DNA from: Guillardia theta CCMP2712
Taxonomy: Eukaryota > Protista > Cryptophyta
Assembly: GCF_000315625.1 (NCBI RefSeq)
Contig: NW_005434661.1
Coordinates: 108,725-172,724, forward strand
Reading direction: 5' to 3'
Length of the DNA stretch: 64,000 bases
In this document: piece after piece, positions 1-15,000 of the stretch
Layout of the letters: every line of letters begins with the position of its first letter
Position numbering within the stretch: the stretch's first letter is position 1
The notes under the pieces: model-generated
The model's database searches: none
What the model was told of the DNA's origin: nothing
What the model saw: only the letters and a program-made list of their open reading frames with translations
Program-made: the position numbers and the translations under genes

Positions 1-351
1 CGCCTGTCAACACACCTGTCAAGAGCAGGCCTCCTGCTGGGCACTCTCCTCACCTGCTCCAGCATCCGCTCCCTCCCTCTGCACGCACGACTCCCACACG
101 TCACACCCCAGCTGTACTCCCTTACACCCTCTATCTCCGCCTTCCCAATCCAGCTTCCTGCACTTGAGATCAGCTTAAGATGCTCTCTCAGCAAGAGAAA
201 TGTAAGTACGCTGAAGGAGGAGGGGGAGGAGGGGGCGATGAGACAGATGGAGTAATGGGAGGAGGACGGGGAGGGGAAGGGGGAGGGAGAAGGTGGAGTT
301 TGTGGTTGTAGTGGAGGAGAAGGAGGAGGAGAATCTGGAAGAGAAGAAATC

Positions 352-2533
352 TCACCCTCGTCGGAATGACCTTCCACTGATTCGATCGCATCGCTGAAGG
401 AGCCTCCGGGACCGGGACACGGGCTGCTGCTGGCCTCTGAGGTGGGTCCACTCGTCGACGCTGAGATGGTCTACCGGGACGAACATCTCCTTAGCCAGCA
501 AGTCGCTCATGGTGCCTGAAGGGATCGAACTGCCGTAGAACATGTCCTGTGAGATTTTTGTCTCCTCCACCTTTTGCTGTCATCACGTCAGAGAAGGCAA
601 GACGAGCACAAGGCAAGGAGGAGAAGGGGCAAGGGGCGGAGAAAGAGGAGAGGGAGTGAAGGGGAGGTGGTATGAGGAGGAGAAGGAGTGTTTCATGGAT
701 GGAAGTATAAAGAGGAGGAGCTGCAGCAGCAGCTTAGGATACCTTGGGCCACACACAGAACCCGCTGGTGAACAGATAATCACTCTCCGTCGCTTGCCCT
801 GGAACAGAATCAAAACCAAGGGGAACGCGCATGTTGCCTCTACCCGAAGACACGGACTTTGACACGTCTGCCATGGAGCAAATGTAGAATTGAGAGTCCT
901 CAGACACTCTCATGCCGATCTTCTGTCTCGCCAGATGTTCCGACGTGTGGATCGCTATGAGGGAAAGGTTTCCTGCCGAATATTCTCCGCCAAAACTCAG
1001 CCAGCGCCCCCCGAAGAGATCAGGAGAGAACTTGGAGAGTTTCACAGCCTAAGGTCATGAGTCAACCTGGTGTACTGGGAGAGGAGGGAAACTCACTGAG
1101 GTTCGCATCGGTCTGTTGAGAACAACTCCAACCGTCTGTTCTCGGTTGTCTTCAAGAATCAGCACAACCGACTTGTGCAGATACTGTCCGATACGCATCA
1201 TGTCAGCACGTAAGCTGCTTCCACGACCTCAGACAAACCTCTCGAGCGAAGATGAAAGGTGCAGGGCCGTTGGCCCGGAGGAGCAAGCCAGCCTTGAGGC
1301 TCGGGAGGGTATGCTGTGGAATTCGGATCTCCTGTCACTCCCTTGTCAGCTGAAGGGTCCAGAAGAGACCTAGTACCTCGGGCCTGTCAATCAGCAGCCT
1401 CCTCGCCCACTCCTTCATCATCGCGTCCTCCAACTCTGACTGAGATTTCGCCGAGAAACTCCCAAGCCCAACAGCAGACATCCAAGTATCCCATATGTCG
1501 ATCCCCGCCTCCTCCTCTGTAGAGCTGAAACCTTTCAAATCGTCGAGTATGCGGGCCAGCAGAACGTCCGACGAGACCGTCGACTTCCTCACGCAGTTGT
1601 TGCATCTCTTGGAGTATTCCTTGCAGACTTGTTGGCAGGCCTGACAGACCTGCGACTTGGTTGACTTGCCCGCGGATGCTATGAACCAGTTCCTGTTGAG
1701 TCCGGAATCAACCTGAGCTTCAAGATCCCCAGATGCCCACCCAACATATCCCAAGAAGACGACAAAGTCTTCTTTTCTCGCATGCCCAGCTTGCACAAGG
1801 GACTCAGCTGAGTTGAGGGAGGTGAAGTAGACGCCGTCTACTATCTTAGCTGATACTCTTTGTGCTACCTATCAACACATCATGTCACAACACAACACAA
1901 CACAACAGATCTACCGTTCACCTCTCCATCTAACTTGTGCAAGCAAAGATAGTGCTTCAAGTCCCGTGGAGCAGAGAACCCTTGGATGTTGCCTCCATGC
2001 CACAGCCTCCATCCATTCTCCGTCGAGAATTGAGATGGCCTGTTGAGAATGATCCCCTGTGTGTAACGCGGGGTGTGGGACAGGACGAGCACTAAACTTT
2101 TGTGAAACTGTTGGTCGACATGTGGGCTGTGCGTGTTGATCGAAAACAGCAAGGTCCCGGCTTGCACTAATTCGCCTACATCGTACTTCCAAACATTCGA
2201 CGTTGTCTGTGCTTTATCGGCCGCGTTGTTCAGCCTCTTTACTCCAGCCTTGCCTTCTTTGCCAGTGGTCAGATACTGTTCTTCCAGCTTCTCCCTGAAC
2301 GTCAGCCAGTCACTGCGATCACTTCCCAAGTCGCTCTGCTGCATTCTTGGGATTCGAAGATGCTTCAGGGAGCGAGATTGCCTGACACAAATATGGTCTT
2401 GCTGTCTTGAGCCGACTGATGCATAGCGGAGCAGACCATGCTGTGTGGAGATGAAGGAGTTGCTTCCTTGAAGAGAAATGAGCAGCACAAAAAGGAGGAT
2501 GTGAAGATATCCATGGCAGGGGCTCGAACCCAT
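352..2533 (-). CDS. Multi-exon protein with two DUF179 (AlgH/YqgE-like) domains and a bipartite plastid-targeting presequence; 3' end uncertain
   Basis: N-terminus MGSSPCHGYLHILLFVLLISLQGSNSF (signal + F). Domain 1: FHKSLVLVLSHTPRYTQGIILNRPS...WHGG...VFLGYVGWASGDLEAQV. Domain 2 read from 1095-1200 on the minus strand: YLHKSVVLILEDNREQTVGVVLNRP, then FGGEY...FTSGFCVWPK. Confidence 0.75.
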
Positions 2534-3184
2534 TCTGACTCAAAGAAATACCAAAGGTCGTCCGATGCGCAAGGCTTCAGACAAGTCTTTTCCTGGAGGG
2601 TCGAGCGTTCGATATCGTTCTAGCCTATCTCTTATTTCAAACTCCAGGCTCCTGAAAACCATGTCACGGTCGTCACATCCTAACTACGATTTCGTCGAAT
2701 GTTTGCGAAGCAAATGGTTCAGCCCGCCTCCCCTTCGTCCTCTCTATCCTGTCCTTACTGCTGCCCCACTTTCTCTCTCTCCCCCCCCTCCCCTGCATCC
2801 CTTCGCTGCATCCCTTCGCTGCATCCCTTCCATGGGTCTCTCCCTCTCCCCCTCCTGGCTCTCCTCCCCTACCGTCCTCTTGCCATGGCTCAAAACTTCC
2901 CTGTAGGATGACTCAGATTATTGGGGCGCATTTTAAGAAAAACCTGCAGGGGTTTACATTTGCAGAAGTTGTACTTGGCAAATTGATTCAATTCAATAAA
3001 CTGAAAATAGCTGATAAAATTTGAGATTTGTTTTCGAAATATTTCATTTAGTCGAAATTTGAAGTTTTTGTGGAAATCCTGAAATCATTAGTCGCAACTC
3101 GGTTGTTGCAGTCCTCCCACCGGGGCCCGGGCCCGGCCCGGTACCCGCCAAGTTACTGAATCCGGTTCAGCACGTGAAGGCGCA

Positions 3185-6194
<3,010 letters not shown>

Positions 6195-6360
6195 CTACTC
6201 CGCCAACCACTCCCGCCGTCAACTTCCAACCATAGCCAGACTGTTTTTGAGTAAAGAAGCCCGGGCCCGGCGACGACTCACTGGCAGCGGTGACCGGGCC
6301 TCCGGGCCGGCGGCGCGCGGGCGTCCCGGAGTGATCGGACGGTACTCACGCGGGGGACTT

Positions 6361-6405
6361 GTCCTGCGCGCAGTTAAGTGAAGGTATCAGTTAAGTTTGG
6401 GGGAC
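6361..6405. repeat. 45-nt dispersed repeat, copy 1 (copy 2 at 22403-22447)
   Basis: gtcctgcgcgc(a/t)gttaagtgaaggtatcagttaagtttgggggac, one mismatch between the copies. Confidence 0.9.
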
Positions 6406-6451
6406 TGATTTTTAATTTCACTTTGAGTAAAGGCACGACGGTAGTTGACGG

Positions 6452-6492
6452 TCCTCGTACTGATTTTTAAGTTAACTTTGAGTCAGTAAAGG
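6452..6492. repeat. ~40-nt dispersed AT-rich repeat (gtcctcgtactgatttttaa-ttaactttgagtaaag family)
   Basis: Related copies at ~6405-6433, 22573-22609, 22610-22640, 27126-27156 (inverted) and 27649-27680. Confidence 0.8.
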
Positions 6493-7153
6493 GTACGGAT
6501 GGCGCAGTGGCGCGGCGGTGACCCGGCCGGCGCCGGGCGACCGTACGGCGTACCGTCCGGCCGGGCCGCGGGGTTTGACTCCAATAAAAATGACTTATAT
6601 TTGAGTTCTCCAAAACATTTGGAGAAGAAAACAAGAAATTAACTTTTGTCACGGCGAAAAAATCAGGCGGAGTCAGCCGGAATCTGGAATCTGGAATCTG
6701 GATTGAATCCGGAGGCTGGACTTGAATCTGGGAACCGGCGCTGAAACGGCCCTTATTCAAGGTGCTACAGTCAAACATCCAAATAGTTGCTACTCACGGG
6801 CGGCAAGGAACGATCCGAGACTTACAGAAGAACTTCTTGGCTAGGACTCCTCACGGAGGCCCCCGCCCTTCCGACCGTGAGGACTGCCAAGTGCAGCAGC
6901 GCGCCTGGTACCTTTGGTAGGCTAGGGCTTGGCTAGGAGAGTACCCCTACTACAAGTAGTATAGTTGAAGCGGAGTCAACCTAGTTCTTTACTGCTATTC
7001 TTCCGACCTCCAAGTTTGATGTATTGAATAAGTTAATAAAAGGATTATACGGAAGCCCCGATCATAGAACCCTTTTGCGTATCCTCCGTTCTCCCTTGCG
7101 GTTGCCCCTACATCTCTCCTCGCCTCGTGCTCCTCGTTCATGCCGTCTAGGCT

Positions 7154-7438
7154 ATGCAGATCACCATGACGATGAACCCAGCAAGTCAGACTCGAGTCCG
7201 CGTCCCCTCCATGCGCATCACCGACCAGCAATGGTCCTACGTGAAGGCCGCCCAGCACCTCGCCGCGAGTCGCAAGATCGAGATCCGCAGTGAAGGCAAG
7301 CAGCTCCTGCACAACATTGCGGACGCTAAACAGAAGCATCTTGCAAAGCTCAGGCAAGCAGCCCAACAGCGCCAGGAGCTCGGCATGGATGTCGAGTCGA
7401 GAGAGACTGCGATCTCGAGCATGTTGGAGCAGGTGTAA
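7154..7438 (+). CDS. Small intronless orphan protein, paralog 1 of 3 (94 aa)
   Basis: Shares RITDQQWSYVKAAQHLAASRKIEI...G.QLL.NIA.AK core with ORFs at 8511-8861 and 9629-9952. Confidence 0.75.
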   Translation: MQITMTMNPASQTRVRVPSMRITDQQWSYVKAAQHLAASRKIEIRSEGKQLLHNIADAKQKHLAKLRQAAQQRQELGMDVESRETAISSMLEQV

Positions 7439-8038
7439 GAGGAAGGGCGGGGGGGGGAAGGAGAATGCAACAGACAGGCGGGGTCGGGGGCGAGGGAGGG
7501 AGGAGAAAGGCGGGAGAAACCTAGGGCTGCTTTAGTGGGATGTAGTATATCGAAATAAGGGATGTAGATACGAGAGGGAATAAAGGCGCCTTGTCATCTT
7601 ACCTCCAGGATTGAAGCATGCAAAATTTTGCAAGTCGTTGTAAAAGCGATCAGTTGTGGAATTACTGCGCGTCTGTCCATCCCTTCCTCTCATGCCTTCG
7701 CATATAGTTGCCGGGTCTTCAGCAGGACAGCAACTCTTGCTCCCCTAGACATTCTTCCCTGATCCGAACCTATCCTAGAGCTTCCTCCCTCCCTTCCCCC
7801 GCGCTCTCGCGCTTTTAAATCGAACAATCTGTGACGCTGACTAGGGACTAAAGTGAAGCACAACCATTTGCGGGAGTCAGCGAAAAACCAGGACTATGCT
7901 GCTATTGCAGTAAGACCACAAGGACATGATTCTATAGCAGACTCGAAGACAGAGATAGAAAACCGCGTACTGACGTCGCCTGTGGAGTTGAAGTTTTGCT
8001 TCAGAAAGATCTGCAACGATGAAGGACAGCAGTGAATG

Positions 8039-8097
8039 TGGAGTGAGTGAGTGAGTGAGTGAGTGAGTGAGTGAGTGAGTGAGTGAGTGAGTGAGTG
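8039..8097. repeat. (GAGT)n microsatellite
   Basis: Direct reading, ~14 units. Confidence 0.95.
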
Positions 8098-8510
8098 TAA
8101 CAGACAAAGTGAAGCAGTCTTTTCACAGTCTTTTCAATTTCCTCATGGTCGATGTAACATGGAGTGCACATGAAAGAGTGAAATCACTTTCATTTGCTTG
8201 TCTTTTGTCTTCAACCCATTTGTACATTCAAATCGATCAATGTTAAATAGATCTCTCAAGCTGTGTTTGTTGCGTACGGTACGTCTTTGTGCAGTTAGTG
8301 CAAAGAAATGCCCTGTCTCTACTTCACTCATATCACGTCATCATGAGCTATGACACAACCAGATCTTTACATCACCACTAGAGGGCAATTTTTTTCAATG
8401 TAAAAGCAATAAAGAATCCAGATCACTTTTGTTTCTATTTACATTCTATGATACATCAATGCAATAGCGATAACAAACAACGTCTCAGCAAACTCTTTCA
8501 CATTGGCAAA

Positions 8511-8861
8511 CTAATTGCCCCACGAGGGGTCCTTGATTCCCTCAGTCACGTCTCTATATGACTCCGACCTCCCGATCTCCTTCAATTGTGGAAACGCTGC
8601 CCTCCTCGTCCTCGCAGATTCCGTTCCATCCTCCCTCTCCTGCACTGCCTTCAGCTTCTCTCCGTACCTCCGCTTCGCCTCCGCTATGTTCTCCAACAGC
8701 TTCTGCCCGTCCGCCTGCACCTCGAGCTTTCGGCTGGCGGCGACATGCTGGGCTTTCGTGACGTAGGACCACTGCTCGTCGGTAAGGCGAAGAACAGGTC
8801 GATGGAGAATGGGTCGTCGTAGGGTCTTGCTGTCGAGAATGGTAGGTGCGATCGTGTGCAT
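8511..8861 (-). CDS. Small intronless orphan protein, paralog 2 of 3 (116 aa from first ATG)
   Basis: MHTIAPTILDSKTLRRP...RLTDEQWSYVTKAQHVAASRKLEVQADGQKLLENIAEAKRRYGEKL...LKEIGRSESYRDVT. Confidence 0.75.
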   Translation of the reverse strand: MHTIAPTILDSKTLRRPILHRPVLRLTDEQWSYVTKAQHVAASRKLEVQADGQKLLENIAEAKRRYGEKLKAVQEREDGTESARTRRAAFPQLKEIGRSESYRDVTEGIKDPSWGN

Positions 8862-9572
8862 GCTTGCTGTCGGGCGGGACGTGAGGGAGTTTGCAGGAGC
8901 AGAACAATTATTGAGCAAGTTCCCTGGTCTCCAGTCACATGGGCGAAGTTGATTTCCCCTCTATCGTCGTGTGTAAAGCTCTCAGGACCCCACCCTATAA
9001 TAAGTCTGTGACCCTCCAAGGGTTCTTGGGGCTCACCTCCAATAGGCCCAAATTTGTAGATCCTAGTACCCCCACCCCTTCATTCCGACTGCCAACCCAC
9101 GGTCGCCCTTGCAAAGTTCCGTTTACTCCTCAGCCTGCGGCTGTCATGGCGCTTTCGGTTGACTTGGAAGAGACCTCAAGGTTCCCTTGCGACTTTCTCG
9201 AGTCCACTGGTCACGCGTCCGGAAACTATGAACTTGCAGACATATAGTGCGGTCATGACATCGGTATTGATAGACCCCTCCATTTGCCGGTAATACTACC
9301 CGTTCAGTCTCAATGTCGGTCACGAGGGTGTCCCTGTGACCTCCGGCTCATTGAGTCTGTGACTCCTTCAACCGCAGCGTTTCAAGCTTGTTTCGGTTTC
9401 TTGCCTCGTGACAGGCTGCCGTGGATATATGGTGAAGCTTATTTGGACGGGTTCTTTGCCCCATGAAAGGAGGGGTACATTAAAGCTTACGGGTTTGATT
9501 ACATTGAAGGTGGGGTGGTGCAGTCAGCCTCGCTCATGTGACTCGAAACTAGGTTCCCCCGCCCCCCCTCCG

Positions 9573-9578
9573 TATATA
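9573..9578 (+). promoter_or_regulatory. Candidate TATA box of paralog 3
   Basis: TATATA ~55 nt upstream of ATG 9629, followed by a pyrimidine-rich leader. Confidence 0.4.
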
Positions 9579-9628
9579 GTTCCTCCCTCCCTGCTCTCCC
9601 TAGCCCACTGGTTGTCACTCCCACCACC

Positions 9629-9952
9629 ATGAACACGATTCGCTTTCAAGAATACGCTGCCACCAAGACCCTTCGTCGTCCTTTCATCCGCCTTACCGAC
9701 GAGCAGTGGTCCTATGTCAAGAAAGCCCAGCGTGTCGCCGCCAGCCGAAAGCTCGAGGTGCAGGCGGACGGGCAGAAGCTGTTGGAGAACATAGCGGAGG
9801 CGAAGCGGAGGTACGGAGAGAAGCTGACCAACATGCAAGGGGACGGATCTGTGGATAGAAATTCTCCTCCGCCTCATTTGAAGGAGATCGGGAGATCGGA
9901 GTCGTTCACAGATGTCACTCTTGGTTGTGAAGAGATGGTTCATTGCCCTTGA
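9629..9952 (+). CDS. Small intronless orphan protein, paralog 3 of 3 (107 aa)
   Basis: KTLRRPFIRLTDEQWSYVKKAQRVAASRKLEVQADGQKLLENIAEAKRRYGEKL...LKEIGRSESFTDVT; ATG in ccaccATG context. Confidence 0.75.
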   Translation: MNTIRFQEYAATKTLRRPFIRLTDEQWSYVKKAQRVAASRKLEVQADGQKLLENIAEAKRRYGEKLTNMQGDGSVDRNSPPPHLKEIGRSESFTDVTLGCEEMVHCP

Positions 9953-11257
9953 AGAGGAGATAAACATGTCATAGATGTACACTAGGTTGTAAATAGATAA
10001 ATCAATCTGAACTCACTCCTTGAAAATTTCCTTTGAACGAAAATAGCTTATGTTCAGTTTTTTTTGCGAACACTTTCGAAACTGGTCAATCATATACTCC
10101 ATCTCTTCTGCCCATGCAAGGTATACCGTGTAAGGCTTTCTAGGTCCTTCAACAGATTCTAATTCAGCTCCAATCATCAGAGAAGTCGCTGACCAATCTT
10201 TCGATCTAACATCATCGTCAGGCTACCTGAAGCTTTGGAATCAACTTCGCCGACTAATTGTAACAAAATACCAGCAACAGTTCTTGTCACCAATCGCCTA
10301 CTTCAAGACTGAGCATGGTCAGACTAGTTGTCCTTGGTCACACCGTTCGCGGGGCCGTGTGCTGACTGAGCATCATACTACTATGGTTGGGCTGGGCCTG
10401 GAGGTGACTAAAAGTCAGCTGGGAGCACCGTGATCGGACGGCGGGACCGTCACGCTGTGGGCGGCGGCCGGGCACAGTGACATGGTTGCCTGGTGACTCC
10501 TGGACTCCGGGACGGTCCGATCAGCGACTCGGACTCTCTGGCATAATCGGCCGCCGGGCGGCGGCGGACCGAGCCTCAGGACCGTACAACTTGTCACGCA
10601 GTGTGCCAACTGATAGTATCGCCGGAGTCGAGTGTCCCGGAGTCCACTCTTGCCAACATCGGATCTTCGTATGCACCTGCGGAGTCACCCCGCGAGTGCT
10701 CAGGACGGGCCGCCGGGCCGCCCGGTTCAACTTCACCGCGGCGAGGCGAGTATCATAGTACTACGAGTCGCTGCACTCTCAAATAACAAGCCAACCTCAG
10801 GGTAATTATTAGACGAGATAATAGGGCAGAAAATGTCACAAGAAAGAGCAAGATAAGCGAACCTGTGGTGAAGGACGCGTGCACGATGATGGTCAAGGGG
10901 AAGGAGATGAAGGGTTGAGAACAAGCGGAGGGCGGGAAGACAGCAGAGGACGATTGCTCTGAGGAAAGAAGAGATGCGACTGGCATGCAGGATCGCAGCA
11001 GCCCTCAGATGCTAGATGTGTAGAGGACAGGATGGAAGAAGCAGGGGTTTCGGGAGTGAGGGAGGAACGGAGGAAGGATTCTTGTTGCTGTAAGACCCAT
11101 GAAAGCAAGGATGTGTGTGAGTGTTTGCTAGATAGAATCGTTCAGAATTTCTGAATCCTGAATGTTTGAATGGTGCTCTTCAGAATGGGCAGAAACTCGT
11201 AACGCACCTCGTGACCTTTGAGCTGATTCCGAAGTCGCAGGCTCAGCCAAGGGGAGC

Positions 11258-11790
11258 ATGGCAAACCAGTCAGCAAAGAAGGCGGATCAGAGGACAAAGG
11301 ACTTCAGGTGTGTACACTCACAAAGATGCTGCTAGTGGATCCCAAATAAGAAGCTGATTGCAGGCAATACCATGGGTTAGCTATTGTGGGACTAGCAGTG
11401 CTCTATGCTCTTATCAAGTTCCTCATCTTCAGTGCAACATGGCAGAGGATGCACACCGTCCTGTTCGCCGTCTCCGTCGTCATGCAGTATGCATGCTACA
11501 GCTGGATCTTCAGCCACCTGGAGTCGGGTGGACGGCTGGATGACAAGGGAGGGATCGTCGAGAAGTGCAGGGACGTACTGTACCTCTCCATGATCGCCAT
11601 GACACTCTCGCTCGTCTCCGACTATGCCTGGCTCTTGTACTCTATCTTTCCTCTCTATCTGGTCTGGAAGGTGCTGACGTGGATTGGATCGTCCGTGTTC
11701 GGGTCCAAGGAGGAGGAGCCGGTGGAGTACCAGCTCTCCAAGACCCAGCAGAAGAAAATGAAGAGGGCGGAGAAATTCGGAAGGGGCTAG
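11258..11790 (+). CDS. TMEM208: TMEM208/SND2 (DUF788) ER membrane protein of SRP-independent targeting
   Basis: MANQSAKK N-terminus, one intron (~11308-11363), TM segments, L..GG.....DVLYL, WLLY...PLY, C-terminal SKTQQKKMKR; all typical of this family. Confidence 0.85.
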
Positions 11791-11879
11791 AGCAGCAGTC
11801 ACTGTCCCCCGCGCCTTGCCCCTGCTGTCCTACTTTCTCCCTGTTCATTTACTCTAAAATAATAATCGACCGGACCTCA

Positions 11880-14237
11880 CTGCAGCACTAGAACTGGGTC
11901 CCATCTTGTCAAAAACCTGCTGGGGTAGTGGCTGGGGTAGATGCTCAACGTTGGTCGTCTCGAACGATCTCAGAAAACTTGGTAGTGAGCATCTGCGATT
12001 CCGCAGTTACTTCACGCCCATCTGATCTCAACCTCCCTGCCTCCCTCCCTGCCTTCCCCCTTGCACTTTTGTCTCCTCTCCCTCCTACCCCCTATGCCTC
12101 CCACCCTCCTCAATCTCGTCCGCGGCCTTTCCTTCACCTGTTTGGTTCCTCGGTTGGCAAAAGGGAAGAAGCTGGTGGGCCTCTCAGTTGTGAAGATTTC
12201 AACGGTTTTGCCTTGTATGTTGTCAGTTTCTCTCTCCCTCAAGACTCGCCATCACCTGCTGCTTGTGGAATCCCCAACGTTGTCGCAAGAGAGATCGCCA
12301 GGTCCTAGAGAGAGGTTGAGGAGGCATCGAAACAAGTCGGAGAGAACATGGTCGCCACAAGTCAGAACGAGCAAGGCAGGGAAAGTGAGGACGAGGAGGA
12401 AGACAGGCAAATGGGGAGTAGAGCAAATGGGAGTAGCAGAACGAGAGAAGCAACCAACCTTGGGGTTGATTCTTCCAACCGCCGTGTCTCCTGTCTGGAG
12501 CTGAAAGGTTCCATCAGGATGTGTTGAATTGATGCCGCACGATCGAAGAATGGTGTAGGGAACCCCTGCAGAACTCAATCAGCCACGTCCTTCGTCCTTG
12601 ATTCATCCAGCTAATGCCCTGTTCCCTGCTCCCTGCTCCCTGCTCCCTGCTCCCTGCTCCCTCAAAGACCTTACCTGTCGCCTTCAGCTTCTCCTCCCCC
12701 TTCAGCTTGCTGCCAAGGATGTTGAGAGGGTTGAGCCTGACGATTGCGATGCCTGCTGCTTCGGGGTACTAAGGGAAAAAGGTAAGACGTGACGGCACGA
12801 GAGCAAGGGACGGATCTACCTTCTCCTTCTGCTCATCTGACCATCCAGGACGAGTGACAGCAGCGCTGGACAGCAGAACCAGCCGAGGGAGAGTCTCCTC
12901 CACTCCGTCCCCTTGCTCCTTCCTGCAGGATTGGGGAGTCACGAACGGGGAGGAGCAGCCGCGGGCTCCTGCTTCACCTCTCAACTGTGACGGTGCCTTC
13001 TCCTTTCGCAATCAGAGGGGGAGGCTGGTCTTTGAGCATCTGCAGCACATTCAGGGGCGAAGGCTGATCATGAACTTGTTACCTCTGCCATCATGGCAGG
13101 CCCGCGGATGTCGAGAGCTCTCCTCAGTTTCTGCTCCGACGTTAAATCCCACGCTATGCCTTCCTGTCCCTTTCCCTCCTACTTCTGTTCAACTTTTCTA
13201 TTAAACCTCTTCTATTCCCCTTTCCCTTCTACTTCTGTTCTCCCGTCCCATTAAATCACTCCTATTTCCCTTTCTCTCCCTCTTCCTGTACGAACATAAC
13301 TCCTCGAGCCCTTATCTGCAACCTCACCCTCCTCTTCCTTCCTTGGAACCACCACCTACTGCTAGCCCTCTTCCACCGTGTGCTCGTTCACCTGCTGCAT
13401 TTTGATCTTGACGAGGTACAGCAGCCGGGAGAAAATCCCTCCTCGAGGCGGAGCGAAGCCTGAGGCGCACCAGACGGCCTGACTGACTCCTTGCGTGATG
13501 GTTCGAACGTCACTCTGAAGCGAAATCAGCACGAGAAAGCGCACGAAATGACGAGGAGGCCCACCCGCTTGTTGAGGTCACACTGGACAAGTTCGATCCT
13601 CGAAGGGTAGTCCTTTCACCAAGACTGTCAGTCAAGTCCGCCCGTGACCTCTCACCAGCCTCCTCCACATGGGGCCTCAAGAACGCTCACCTTGGTGAGC
13701 TTCGACAAGACCTGAGAGGCTTTGGTTTCGTTTCGAAACGTAGCTCTCACTTGCGATCCTGGATATCTCAGCAAGACCTGTGCTATCGTCACCAAATTTG
13801 TGCCTCCACCTCTTTGACAGTACCTGCTCGCAGACATACCGTCCCACTCTTCCTGTTGCTCCAGCAACAAGGATAGTCCTCTTTCCGTTTCCATTCTCGG
13901 CCTCTGCCAGTGAGATGGTCTTCATCCTGAGCGATGAGATTCGCCAATTCTCCTTGTTCCTAGCACGAGCTTTCACACACAGCACGAAGAAATCAAAACA
14001 AGAATTCAACTGATGGACTTCACCTTCCAATCATGCAAGAGTGTCTGACCGACGAAGCTATCAGAGAGACTGAAGGAGGGAGAAGAGGTCATAACGCTGC
14101 CTGTCTCCGGGACACGAGCTACCTGGCAACGCTGATGGGGATGTGAAGGAATAGGCCAGGGTAACGTTGCAGAGGAGAACAAAGAGGAAGAGAGATGAGA
14201 TCCTGGAAGCATGGCAACAATCTGAACACGTTGCCAT
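11880..14237 (-). CDS. Plastid-targeted NAD(P)-binding Rossmann protein (atypical SDR, Tic62/NmrA-like), multi-exon; 3' end approximate
   Basis: MATCSDCCHASRISSLFLFVLLCNVTLAYSF presequence; TILVAGATGRVGR, IELVQCDL, AVWCASG, RLVLLSSAAVTRP, K..GEEKL..GVPYTILR, GDTAVGRI. Confidence 0.8.
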
Positions 14238-15000
14238 CTTGCTGGAGACTTTCTTTCACACGCAAATGAAGAACAAACTGAGAAAAAAAATACGTGTCAT
14301 GTTTGACCTTACGCCATGTCCCCCCTATCGGCACGTGCTTGAATCATGCAATATGGCACGGTCAAAGACCATAGAGGAGGACCCTGATATCAGCATTCTC
14401 TGTTTCTGACATGCTCCTGTGCATTCTGGCATTCTCGTCCACAGCGATCTAGTTGGAATCAACCCACTTGCTTCGCACGCCTTAAAACGTTCTACCTGAA
14501 ACCTCCTGCCAACAAGCCGTGCCTACTTCCTTCCGCATAGGATTCTTCTTCTTCCTCCCCCATCTCTCCTTATCACTCGATCTCTACTGCTCCTGCTCCT
14601 CGTCTCGCAGCCAGGCACCATGCCGCCTCTCCTCCCGCCCTATTCCCTGATCCCCATTGGCCTCCGGCATATCCCGAGGGGATCTTTTAAAACGTTTTAG
14701 AGAATCCCCCAGACCTCAATTACAAAATAGTTAGTACTATGGACCCTTATAATATTTATTACTTGTACTGCAATCGTTCATAGGGGTGATCGATATCTAA
14801 ATACAAACAATATATATTTTATTTTTATTCCGTGACATGGACCAACTATATCAATTTTACACGAACCCCTCCTACAAAGATTTCTATCTATAATGTTTTT
14901 GAGTCCGTTTCATGTTTTTGCCAACCTATAAAACTTTAGCTGTGTGGCTCGGTGCTGCATTGTAACTGTCGGGGTAAAACCGAATATTGCCCTAACGGAC

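Noticed and set aside
6361-6405. 45-nt repeat as a tRNA or snRNA fragment
   Set aside because: No cloverleaf, A/B boxes or Sm site recognisable
10415-10786. Arg/Pro/Gly-rich ORFs in GC islands (also 31872-32223, 48365-48747, 54382-54957)
   Set aside because: Stop-poor GC-rich non-coding DNA yields open frames on both strands with no protein-like composition
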